DNA from: Nemertoderma westbladi
Lineage: Eukaryota; Animalia; Xenacoelomorpha
Assembly (NCBI GenBank): GCA_032718475.1
Contig: JAUCBJ010003313.1
Coordinates: 2,583 to 66,582 of the forward strand
DNA length: 64,000 nucleotides
Direction of reading: 5' to 3'
Shown here in pieces: positions 37,594 to 53,600 of the stretch. Every line of letters begins with the position of its first letter. The first letter of the stretch is position 1. Below the pieces are notes generated by a model. It made no database searches. It saw only the letters and a program-made list of their open reading frames with translations, and was not told the origin of the DNA. Made by a program: the position numbers and the translations under genes.

Positions 37594-37883
37594 CTTAGGA
37601 AACTTATAGGAACCTTAGCACATTTTAAAATGTAAACACTATAACACGTAAAAACAGTAAAGACAAAAAATAAACTAGAATGTAACTACAATACACTTAT
37701 ATTATTGACCTTTCTATATTGATGAAGAATTACATTGCATCTAATTGAATATTAACTACTTTATTCTATTTAATAAATACAGGCCATTTATTATATAAAG
37801 TGTAATAAATCTACAAGTTTTCTATATATAAATTAGGCACAGATTTTATAAAATGAATTAATTCATTAAGTTAGGATAAGAGT

Positions 37884-39570
37884 TCAGGGTCCATCGAATA
37901 GGTCACCCGGAGAGGGACCGCCCGTCACCATAACAGACGCCACGTTGCCCACTAGAATGGCCACCTGAATCCGCTGTAGGAGGAAGCGGAGTGAGCGGGG
38001 TTCGTGGGTGAACGCGTGCATTCGGGAGCCAACCTCCCGGAGGAAGGCCGCAGTCTCCGGGCCGGGGCGGCCGAGGGTCTCAAAGGCCACAGGATGGAAA
38101 ATGTGGAGGCCCTGCTGCTCCAGCTCGGCGTACGTCGCGCGTTTCCTCCGCTCTGCCTCCTCAGCTGTGCGCCCACCGGCGATGAGGGTCTGTTGGAGGT
38201 GGCTGGGGGCGAGGGGGTCGACTACCGTAGCGTCCCAAGTAAGGCTTTGTCCCCCGCTCCAAGGGGCGAGGCTCACCCCGTCCACTCGTTTCCCGTCGTT
38301 CCTGAAGAGACCCGGGGGTTCCAGGACTGATGGGATGTCGCAGCTGACCAGTGCCCGCCTCACCAAGTTGTTTATCATGGTGTGGCGGGGGTGCCGGCCC
38401 GCACTCCTCCGGCAGGAGAGGCCGTGAAGGCCGTCTGCGGCGACTGGACTACCGCAAAGGTCACAGGTGTGGGGTTCCACCACCTTGCACCCAAGCCGGG
38501 TGGCGATGGCGATCCGGAACTGGGTGTTGGTTAGTTTCAGCCCCAACGAGGCGCAGGGGAGGGCATCGAGCCAGCAGCTCGCTGTGGGGTTGTCGACCGA
38601 GTTCAGCCGCGCGAGGTTCAGTTGCGATGCTGCGCGAAAGGATGCTGGCGAGGGACTCCTCGTGCACCGGGGCCATCCATGCGCGCTGGACAGGCACGGT
38701 GGGCAGCGCCTAACCGGCTGGAAGGGAGGTGTTGCGCACTGCGTGTGCCAACTCTACTGCTGGGCTAGGGGGGACCTCTGCAGACGGGTAAAGGCGGTTG
38801 GAAAGAGTAGCGCATGCAGCCGTGGAAGCCAAGAAGGCGGAGGGTGCGATCTGTGCTGCAGAACTCAGTCCTAGGCCGCCAACCCTTGCCGGGAGGCATG
38901 CCTGGGCCCAGGCGAGTCATCAAAGTGGGTGTTGGCGACCTCCTGGAGTGTGCTACGCTGGACGCGATCAAAGTCCTGTAGTAGGGCCGGAAACCGGGAG
39001 CAGGGTGCCGTCCACAGGAAGTAGGTCAACCGCGGCATGGCAAATGAGTTCTTCAGGAGGAAGAACCCATGGTGGGCGTCGAGGAGCGGCAGGCGGCTAG
39101 CGAGAGTCAAGAGGTTTCCTACCTTGGAGGCGAGGCAGGACTCGATGGCGGAGTCTCCAATAGGCGCACCCAGCATCATCAGCTCGTCCAACGGCGGGTA
39201 CTGGATGCCAGCGCAAATGGTATCAAACTCCCGACGTATTTGGGCGCGTAACTCCTCCGTATCTGGCCCCAGGAAGAACACCTCACTCTTCCTGGGGTTT
39301 ATTGTTAAACCGCACTTCCTCCCCCCCTCCTCGATCAACTGCGCCAAGTCCCACAGTACCACCTGGGAGTCGTCGGAGAGGTTCCCATCGTCCAGGAAAC
39401 AGACGTTGAAGGCAGACTCCATTGTCTGGATGACGGGGTTGGCGGTGTCCCCCGAAGAGACGAGGGCCGTCAGTGTCCCCCTGCTGAACACCCTCGTCGG
39501 AGAGGATGGTGTCGTCGCCATGCATGAGGAAGGTCGCATCCCCATAGGCCGCGAGGGTGTAGTTGTATAT
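37884..39570 (-). mobile_element. CRE-like RLE non-LTR retrotransposon, 5'-truncated and frameshifted
   Basis: GVQQGD, FLDDG, LGAPIG; C-terminal CDLC..HGLSC..RH, KRVDG..WDATV..K, FETLG (restriction-like endonuclease). GC-rich. Confidence 0.85.
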
Positions 39571-39817
39571 GCCTAGAATTATATTATTGATTTATAGTTA
39601 AGATTTAATTAAGTTAAGTTATAATTTATTAAGATTACAGATCTTAGGGCAATTTCTATCAATGTATTTCTTATTTAGCGGTTTATTTTTTTTTTTCAGT
39701 TTGGCCTACTGTTATTCGTGATAATCGAACAGAGGCGTATTTAAGTTTTGGTCAAGGAGTAGGATAAAATTCACTTTAAAAATGACGTTGAAAAACGGAA
39801 AGGTGGTAGGCCTACAC

Positions 39818-39859
39818 ACCAAGGCGTACTATATACATATGTATATAGTACGCCTTGGT
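39818..39859. repeat. Perfect 42-bp palindrome
   Basis: ACCAAGGCGTACTATATACAT|ATGTATATAGTACGCCTTGGT. Confidence 0.95.
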
Positions 39860-40797
39860 ATACTCACATTAAAACAGATAATATGAAGGATGGCGATTAA
39901 TGAAGGCATTAATTAGAATTGGAAAGGAAATTGTGGATGTTAATATATTAATATATTAGTTACTAATATAGAAATATTGATAATACGTGAATGTGCATAA
40001 CAAGGGAGAAAATTCGAGCGTAGCGAACAGTTTTTAAACAATGTTAAGATTTTGCGCATTTTATTCTACTTTTTATCCAATAATACTTTGATAATCTAAT
40101 GACTTTATATTACAGGCCGGAATATTATAGTGGCTACACTTCTGCAGTAATATAATACTGTAGGAAATCGCTTTAGTGGTTTAGTACTCAAAAATTTCGC
40201 CCTCTTTTAGGCCTGTAATTTCGCCCCCTAGAAACTTGCTGGTGGGCAATTTCCCCCCATTCCACCATGCCCCCCCTGCCCCCCTGCCCCCCCTGCCCCC
40301 CTGCCCCCCTGCCCCCCCCCCCTCTGGTCACCCCCTTCCCTTACGCCTATTGTTGACCCTTCTGTTGTCGTTATTAGAAATGTTTGAACACAAATAAGTC
40401 GATCAAGTATTGATGAAATTGAAACAAACTTGGTACACATGTAGTCTATAAAAGGTTAAGAATATCCCTGCCATGTTTTGTGAAACCAGTTAATTCTAAC
40501 CAAGATAGATTATACAACAAATTAAGTTATCGAATATATATAAATTAATTTGAAATACAATATTGATATATATACCTCAAATATGTTTACTTATATTAAA
40601 TATTAAATATGCAGATAACTTAAGATGAACAACGATATAGTAAAACGAATTATCGCTCCATTTGCCATAGATTTGTTCATTCTAATTCCGGTTAAATTTC
40701 TTAACTGGATCTTAAAACATAAGATCAATTAATTATATACTCTTTTAACACATTTAACGTGTTAAGATGAATTTATTTCCTTTCAATATCTTCACAG

Positions 40798-41024
40798 GTC
40801 GCCTCCACAGTGCTACGTCGAAGGAACCAGTCGACCGCAGTGGCTCCCAATTGGCGTCACGTGATGGGTTTACTTCCCGCTAAACAAGATGAAATTCTCC
40901 AGGAAACGGAGAACCAATCAGAGGCCGAAAAGGTTTCGCTATTGCAGCGGTTCAGTAAAGCTGCGCGGCTATTGGTTATTGTCCTTCGGTTTATAAGACC
41001 AGAAAAGGAGACAGACAAGTCAAG
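40798..41024 (+). CDS. CNBD2-like gene, exon A
   Basis: TTCACAG| acceptor; ..LLQRFSKAARLLVIVLRF..; phase-2 donor AG|GTACAC matches the phase of the next exon. Confidence 0.6.
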
Positions 41025-41631
41025 GTACACCCGTAGCAGTAAACCGAGCCAGTAGTATACATGGAACTTATGGGGAGGGGTTGGTCTGTGTTAATTAATC
41101 AATTTCATAGCAAACCGGTCAAACCGGCATTTTACTAATAAAAGTGTCTTGTAATTATTAATATACACACATATATAAAATATAAATATGCAATAAACAA
41201 AATATGGCACAAATTATAGCGAAATTGTTCCAGAATTGTTGAAGGGAGTGGGACACCTTGTTTCCTAGTTTGTTGGAAACCACATCTGTTTATTACCGGT
41301 TCAGTTGTTTTTGTTGCATCACTGCCTGTTTTGGGATTATATATAGGGAAGTGAGTCTGTAACACGTTCATTATTCAGTGGTAAGCAATGTGAAGTCGTG
41401 ACTAGGTCATTGTTGCATGCAATGATACTTGATACATGGTCGCCATCTGGACTATTCATTCGAATTATTTCGCTTTGATTTTTCAGGGCTGCCAGCTGTA
41501 TCTCTTTGCAGAGGTTGCCAGCTGTATCTCTTTGTAGAGGTTGCCATGGCGATGGTGGTGGTGAAGTCCAACTTATTATTATGATTCAAGATTAAAATTA
41601 AAATATTTTGCTTATATTTTCTTTGCTGCAG

Positions 41632-41794
41632 AATTTCCTTCCACATGTTGCAAGCTCAGATCCGCGAGGAGGGGCGGAAGAAGCGGGAGCTGATGTTCGA
41701 CGTGTCGTTGTACCGGGCGAGGAAGGAAGCCCAGCTGCCACCGAAGGCGAGGGAGATACTGTCGATATCGCCAGGGTCGAGGTCCAAGGACGAG
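41632..41794 (+). CDS. CNBD2-like gene, exon B
   Basis: TTTGCTGCAG|a ISFHMLQAQIREEGRKKRELMFDVSLYRARKEAQLPPKAREILSISPGSRSKDE |GTGCGT. Confidence 0.75.
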
Positions 41795-42319
41795 GTGCGT
41801 CAATAGTCTGTGATAGGGGATAAGTATAAGTTATTTACACATTACGTCACGTTGTGTGGATAACGAACACACGGAATTCACATTGTCTAATGATTATGGG
41901 TATGGATAACGAACACACGGAATTCACATTGTCTAATGATTATGGGCCTGTCTATAGAGTGGAAACACTAGTAACTTGATCATTATTTGTGAACAACCCC
42001 GTCTTAGTGAAATTACCTGTATTTTTCAAATCACTCTTCCACTAACGCATTACACATCCATACAGTATTGTTTTATGGGCTTAATGTCCTAATTCTACGT
42101 TGGTTTCTTTCCAATATTACATAGTTTTCGCACCAAATATACTTTTTTACCGCCCCAAAACGATAGCCCCAAATTTAATGTTTCTGTAAGCAATATACAT
42201 TAAAGCTACGTCTAAATATATATTTCTTTCCCAGATTACAAACATTTCGCACCAAAATATTTAAATTCGTCACAAAATATTTTTTATACTGTATATTATT
42301 ATATGTATTTTTATATTAG

Positions 42320-42710
42320 TAATTGTTAACAACATCGTTTATTGTTTTGGTTAGAAAAAGCCGTCTCTGTAACGTGCTACTTTCCCTCACAATTGGTAAC
42401 AACATAGTTTATTGTTTTGATTAGAAAACGCCGTCTCTTTAACCTGCTCCTTTCCCTCATTTGGTAACAACATCGTTTATTGTTTTGGTTTGAAAAATAC
42501 GTATCTGTAACCTGATCCTTTCCCCGAATTGCTATAACAATATTGTTTATTGTTTTGGTAAGAAAAAGCCGTCTCTGTAACGTGCTACTTTCCCTCACAA
42601 TTGGTAACAACATAGTTTATTGTTTTGATTAGAAAAAAACCGTCTCTGTAACCTGCTCCTTTCCCTCATTTGATATTATCATTGGTTTATTTTTTTGGTT
42701 AGAAAAACCT
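42320..42710. repeat. About 5 x 75-78-bp intronic minisatellite
   Basis: Unit approximately TAACAACATCGTTTATTGTTTTGGTTAGAAAAAGCCGTCTCTGTAACGTGCTACTTTCCCTCA. Confidence 0.85.
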
Positions 42711-42944
42711 ACTCAATGGAAATAAATAACCAATTGAACAAATTTTACATCTTGGAACATTATATTATGCTTAATTAATTTAACCCGGTAAATAATGTGA
42801 AGTTTGCTGGACTGAATCATATTTGATAGAATCTGTCTGCATCTATGTTTCATCTGTAATATAAGATTTGTAAAAAATGGAAATATTATGTTACCCATTA
42901 TGATAAAATATACATTATTCCCTAACAAACTTCCGGTATTTCAG

Positions 42945-43076
42945 ATAAACTTGACGATAAGAGCTTTACAGACGACGTGTGAAGCCTTCGCAGAGTTTCC
43001 GGTGAGAATGCAGGAGAGTTTGGCCTCTAAAGCAATTTACAGTTGTATCCGTGGCAACAGAGTGATTATTCGACAG
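42945..43076 (+). CDS. CNBD2-like gene, exon C (start of cNMP-binding domain 1)
   Basis: TTTCAG| INLTIRALQTTCEAFAEFPVRMQESLASKAIYSCIRGNRVIIRQ |GTTATT; 132 nt, phase 0/0. Confidence 0.82.
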
Positions 43077-43489
43077 GTTATTGTTAAACTCTTTATTGTT
43101 TCAATGTGGCCCTTCCATAACATTCTCACAAATTACCTAAACAAATATATATTATTAGGGTTGTGGTTCAATCAATATATACAATTTGTCGATTTGGATT
43201 CGGGTGGGCAGTGGGAATTATCAGTGGGAATACAAATACGGTAGTGATTTAGAGCAAATTTTTGTAATTTAAATTTTTTGTCCATTTTTGACGTATTGTC
43301 TGATATATTTTTAGTAATGACTTACGAAAATTTTTTTTTCTTTTGCAATGTCACAAAATTAAAAAACGATAAAACAGAGAAAAAGATACTGGTGGCTTAT
43401 AATGAAACAAACCAATAAACAAACTTCTATATCACAAGTACGCCTAAACATATAACAATATCACAATATCAATTTATGTCAACGGTGAT

Positions 43490-45228
43490 GAAATTTTCAC
43501 GGTGATGAAATCTTACTCTCTGATGAAGGAGCCCAACAAGGTGCCCCCGAGGGACCCCCTCTCTTCGGAGACACGATCAACGACACCATCCACTCGTTGA
43601 AATCCGATTTTAACGTATGGTATCTTGACGATGGTAACATGGCAGGATTGTATACCGTTGTTCTAGACGATCTGAGAACGATAATTGTGGAAGGGAAGAA
43701 ACTCGGCCTCACCCTAAACCCCTCAAAGTGCGAGCTATTTTTTCTGGGTCCAGTTTCTGACGATGATCGAGCCCGGATTCAGGAAGATTTCAATAGAGTT
43801 TGTGGAGGAAAGATCCAGTTACCTTCAGCTGACCAACTGATTATGCTAGGGGCCCCAATCGGATCCGAGGCTATAGAGTCCTGTCTGACTGACAAGATAA
43901 ACGACTTGGCCTTGATTAGCGACCGGCTTCATCTCCTCGACAGCCACCATGGATTCTTCTTGCTTAGGAACTCTTTCGCAATCCCTCGCCTGTTATATTA
44001 CCTCCGCTCTGCTCCATGTTTTTCGTTCCCCCAGCTTCTGGAAAGATATGACGATTCACTGCGGTCTGCATTGGTGAAAATGGCAAACGTCGGAATCAAT
44101 GACAGTTCGTGGATACAGGCCTGTTTACCAGCTCGTTCAGGTGGGTTGGGCCTAAGCTCAGCCATACAGCTCGCCCCTTCTGCCTATCTGGCTTCTGCGG
44201 CAGCATGTGCTGAACTTACTGGCTGTCTTTTCACCACCACTGCGCCTACTCCATCTCGAAACACCTTAACTGATCACGCCTATGTGCTCTGGAAGAGATC
44301 GGTGGCCACCGATTGCGAGCAACCTTCAGCGTCCTCTGTAAACATGCAGAAGACTTGGACAAACCCGATCCATGAAGAGAACCTCGCGTCACTTCGCCGC
44401 ACCGCTTCTCCAAAGAATATCGCTCGACTAAACTCTTTAGATGACCCTGTCGCCGGTTGCTGGATAGACGCGCTACCATCGTCGTCGCTAGGTTCAAAGC
44501 TAACTGACAGTCAGCTCCGCATCTCAATCGCTACTCGACTAGGCTGTCGAGTCACAGAACAACACACATGCGCCAGATGCGATAAGGAAGTCGATACCGA
44601 AGGCCTACATGGCTTGTCCTGCCAGAGGAGCTTGGGGCGGATTCCGTGCCACACGGCGCTAAATGACATCATAAAGCGCGCACACTCCAGCTGTGGTGTT
44701 CCGTCCATCCTGGAGCCGCCAGGCCTCTGTCGAATGGACGGTAAACGCCCAGACGGCATGACCCTCATCCCTTGGTCGCGCGGTAAGTCCCTGACGTGGG
44801 ACGCGATGGTTGTAGACCCTCTAGCGCCCAGCCATCTCGCTACCAGTCTATCCGCAGGAGGTCGTGTTGCCAAGGAGCAAGAAGAGACCAAATCCAGAAA
44901 GTACGAAGAACCAGTAGACCGATGATACCTCTTCGCACCAGTAGCCTTCGAAGCCCTTGGCCGGCCAGGACCAGCAACAACCTCATTCCTGAAAGAGGTC
45001 GGCAGGAAGATTTGACAAGCAACACAGGAACCCCGGTCTCATCGATTCCTGCTGCAAAGACTCCTGATAGCCATCCTAATCGGCAACTCGGCCTCGATCC
45101 TAGGAACTGTAGACTCCACTAACAATAGCAGCCTCTTCGACATACTTGAAGAACATTAATAATTAATAATTATTTAACATAAATACAAAACATTTAATTT
45201 AATTTAGTTTATATAAAAAAAAAAAAGT
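43490..45228 (+). mobile_element. CRE-like RLE retrotransposon, 5'-truncated, with A-rich tail
   Basis: ORF 43597-44925: WYLDDG, LPARSGGLG, CARC..HGLSC, KRPDG..WDAMV; nonsense codons near the end; poly-A at about 45214-45226. Confidence 0.88.
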
Positions 45229-45566
45229 TTATATTAATAGTAATAATATTTATGTCAATATTAATTTTTAAGTTATATCAATTTAGCAGATGGTGGGGAG
45301 AGGGGGGGGGAGGGGGGGAGGAGGGGGACTGTACGCAATAAAAATTCATCCCTCTCCAGGGGAAGAAATTCGATGCAAATAACAGATGATTACACCCAAA
45401 AATAAAACTACTGTAACCGGAGTTAGTGAAATTTATTAATTAATATAAATAATTAAATAAAAATGGAGATCAAATTAACTAAATAAATGAATACGAGTCC
45501 ATGTTCTCTATAACGAAAACAAGTAAATGTTTTCTGATACATAACATCTAAAACTGTTGCGGGTCC

Positions 45567-49506
<3,940 letters not shown>

Positions 49507-49996
49507 TGAACCTAGTTTGGTTTTGCTTGATTTTTAGGTTTACAATCTTATTTCAGTATTAAAAAGCGTTTGCTGTATCGGTACTGCAGTATCAATATCC
49601 AATATCAACCAATATAAACCAGTAAGATGTATTACTATTATGTATTGCTCTTATTATTTGTGTTCATTATCCGGTTTCTTTATTTAGCAGCTTAAATTTT
49701 TAAATATATCGACCCTAAATAAATAATCTGTGGAGTTACAAGTTATTATATGCCTGAGGGTTAGCTATGCGTAAATTAACTCTTAAAATTTAGTCACCCT
49801 CTCTTACTCTATATTCTAGAAAATTTTTTAGAAAATATACTGTAACCTGTTCTATTGTGCTTAGTTTATTGTTTTTGTTAAAATAACGTGCCACTGTAAC
49901 CTGCTCCTAGTCGCCATTACTGTTTGTAGATAATCTGATGTTGCAATTTTAATTTGTTCCCTCAATAAATAATAAATAATTAACTTATTATTTCAG

Positions 49997-50135
49997 GGTC
50001 GTAAGGCTGAGAATTATTACCTGATACTAAGTGGCTCTGCTGCTGTTGATGTGTTGGATAAAGAGACAGGGATAACCTCCACAGCCGCAATGCTTTGTAA
50101 AGGAAACAGCTTCGGGGAATTAGCATTACTGCTGG
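49997..50135 (+). CDS. CNBD2-like gene, exon D (cNMP beta-barrel up to FGELAL)
   Basis: TTTCAG| GRKAENYYLILSGSAAVDVLDKETGITSTAAMLCKGNSFGELALLL g|GTAATA; ends in phase 1. Confidence 0.88.
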
Positions 50136-50654
50136 GTAATAATCGTTTATCTGTTTAATCATTTTCTTTAAAGATTGTAAAAATAGCAACAAAACTACTG
50201 AAAGGTGTTAAAATGTCTCCGATGATGACAGGAACAGCACCGGCGGACCCATCAACATAGATCTTACGGTCATACACTACCTTCTAGTTCATCCCTGTCG
50301 TCAAGTCCAGTGTCATTCAGCAAGTGTCATCTTTAGCAGGAAACTCATTGGCTGATGTCCACCACGTCTATTCTATCCAGAAGGCAGCCACAGCACAAGG
50401 TTGTGTAGGTTGATACTGCCAGCTGAAACAATGTCCAGCAAGCTTCAAACGGCGATGTAATTCTTTTGGTATAATGTCTCTCTCTAATGTTGTGTTTTTG
50501 ATTTGATTTGAAATAAATTGTCCTCTAATATCATTAATCACGTCATTCTATTATTTAGAAAGCCTAATGTTAACTTTTGTAGTTATCCAACTAAATACTG
50601 CCGATTGATTGGCTACTGTAGATTTGTAATGAATTAAGAATTTCTGTCTGATTG

Positions 50655-53600
50655 GCTACTGTTGTTTTGTTATTTTTAGGTGGTGTCCGATCTGCCACTG
50701 TAGTTTTGTTATTTTTAGGTGGTGTCCGATCTGCCACTGTAGTTTTGTTATTTTTAGGTGGTGTCCGATCTGCCACTGTAGCTTTGTTATTTTTAGGTGG
50801 TGTCCGATCTACCACTGTAGTTTTGTTATTTTTAGGTGGTGTCCGATCTGCCACTGTAGCTTTGTTATGTTTAGGTGGTGTCCGATCTACCACTGTAGTT
50901 TTGTTATTTTTAGGTGGTGTCCGATCTGCCACTGTAGCTTTGTTATTTATAGGTGGTGTCCGATCTGCCACTGTAGTTTTGTTATTTTTAGGTGGTGTCC
51001 GATCTACCACTGTAGTTTTGTTATTTTTAGGTGGTGTCCGATCTGCCACTGTAGTTTTGTTATTTTTAGGTGATGTCCGATCTGCCACTGTAGTTTTGTT
51101 ATTTTTAGGTGGTGTCCGATCTGCAACTGTAGTTTTGTTATTTCTAGGTGGTGTCCGATCTGCCACTGTAGTTTTGTTATTTTTAGGTGGTGTCCGATCT
51201 GCCACTGTAGTTTTGTTATTTTTAGATGGTGTCCGATCTGCCACTGTGGTTTTCTTATCTTTATGTGGTGCCCGATCTGCCACTGTAGTTTTGTTATTTT
51301 TAGGTGGTGTCCGATCTGCCACTGTAGCTTTGTTATTTTTAGGTGGTGTCCGATCTGCCACTGTAGTTTTGTTATTTTTAGGTGGTGTCCGATCTGCCAC
51401 TGTAGTTTTGTTATTTTTAGATGGTGTCCGATCTGCCACTGTGGTTTTCTTATCTTTATGTGGTGCCCGATCTGCCACTGTAGTTTTGTTATTTTTAGAT
51501 GGTGTCCGATCTGCCACTGTGGTTTTCTTATCTTTATGTGGTGCCCGATCTGCCACTGTAGCTTTGTTATTTTTAGGTGGAGTCCGATCTGCCACTGTAG
51601 TTTTGTTATTTTTAGGTGGTGTCCAATCTGCCACTGTAGTTTTGTTATTTCAGGTGGTGTCCGATCTGCCACCGTAGTTTTGTTATTTTTAGGTAGTGTC
51701 CGATCTGCCACTGTAGTTTTCTTATATTTATGTGGTGCCCGATCTGCCACTGTAGTTTTGTTATTTTTAGGTGGTGTCCGATCTGCCACTGTAGTTTTGT
51801 TATTTTTAGGTGGTGTCCGATCTGCCACTGTAGTTTTCTTATATTTATGTGGTGCCCGATCTGCCAATGTAGTTTTGTTATTTTTAGGTGGTGTCCGATC
51901 TGCCACTGTAGTTTTGTTATTTTTAGGTGGTGTCCAATCTGCCACTGTAGTTTTGTTATTTTTAGGTGGTGTCCGATCTGCCACTGTAGTTTTCTTATAT
52001 TTATGTGGTGCCCGATCTGCCACTGTAGTTTTGTTATTTTTAGGTGGTGTCCGATCTGCCACTGTAGTTTTGTTATTTTTAGGTGGTGTCCGATCTGCCA
52101 CTGTAGTTTTGTTATTTTTAGGTGGCGTCCGATCTGCCACTGTAGTTTTGTTATTTTTAGGTGGTGTCCGATCTGCCACTGTAGTTTTGTTATTCTTAGG
52201 TGGTGTCCGATCTGCCACTGTAGTTTTGTTATTTTTAGGTGGCGTCCGATCTGCCACTGTAGTTTTGTTATTTTTAGGTGGCGTCCGATCTGCCACCGTA
52301 GTTTTGTTATCTTTATGTGGTGCCCGATCTGCCACTGTAGTTTTGTTGTTTTTAGGTGGTGTCCGATCTGCCACTGTAGTTTTGTTATCTTTATGTGGTG
52401 CCCGATCTGCCACTGTAGTTTTGTTATTTTTAGGTGGTGTCCGATCTGCCACTGTAGTTTTGTTATCTTTATGTGGTGCCCGATCTGCCACTGTAGTTTT
52501 GTTATTTTTAGGTGGTGTCCGATCTGCCACTGTAGTTTTGTTATTTTTAGGTGGTGTCCGATCTGCCACTGTAGTTTTGTTATTTTTAGGTGGTGTCCGA
52601 TCTGCCACTGTAGCTTTGTTATTTTTAGGTGGTGTCCGATCTACCACTGTAGTTTTGTTATTTTTAGGAGGTGTCCAATCTGCCACTGTAGTTTTGTTAT
52701 TTTTAGGTGGTGTCCGATCTGCCACTGTAGTTTTCTTATATTTATGTGGTGCCCGATCTGCCACTGTAGTTTTGTTATTTTTAGGTGGTGTCCGATCTGC
52801 CACTGTAGTTTTGTTATTTTTAGGTGGTGTCCGATCTGCCACTGTAGTTTTGTTATTTTTAGGTGGCGTCCGATCTGCCACCGTAGTTTTGTTATTTTTA
52901 GGTGGTGTCCGATCTGCCACTGTAGTTTTGTAATTTTTAGGTGGTGTCCGATCTGCCACTGTAGCTTTGTTATTTTTAGGTGGTGTCCGATCTGCCACTG
53001 TAGTTTTGTTATTTTTAGGTGGTGTCCGATCTACCACTGTAGTTTTGTTATTTTTAGGTGGTGTCCGATCTGCCACTGTAGTTTTGTTATTTTTAGGTGG
53101 TGTCCGATCTGCCACTGTAGTTTTGTTATTTTTAGGTGGTGTCCGATCTGCCACTGTAGTTTTGTTATTTTTAGGTGGTGTCCGATCTGCCACTGTAGTT
53201 TTGTTATTTTTAGGTGGTGTCCGATCTGTCACTATAGTTTTGTTATTTTTAGGTGGTGTCCGATCTGCCACTGTAGTTTTGATATTTTTAGGTGGCGTCC
53301 GATCTGCCACCGTAGTTTTGTTATTTTTAGGTATTGTCCGATCTGCCACTGTAGTTTTGTTATTTTTAGGTGGTGTCCGATCTGCCACTGTAGCTTTGTT
53401 ATTTTTAGGTGGTGTCCGATCTGCCACTGTAGTTTTGTTATTTTTAGGTGGTGTCCGATCTGCCACTGTAGCTTTGTTATTTTTAGGTGGTGTCCGATCT
53501 GCCACTGTAGTTTTGTTATTTTTAGGTGGTGTCCGATCTACCACTGTAGTTTTGTTATTTTTAGGTGGTGTCCGATCTGCCACTGTAGTTTTGTTATTTT

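Noticed and set aside
39730-40352. Possible hAT MITE (CAGAGGCGTA...TACGCCTAT) with a C-rich tract and Gly-rich ORF
   Set aside because: Imperfect TIR and no TSD; the ORF is low-complexity.
50215-50470. Possible LINE RNase H relic on the minus strand (IYVDGS)
   Set aside because: A single short motif; too degraded to call.
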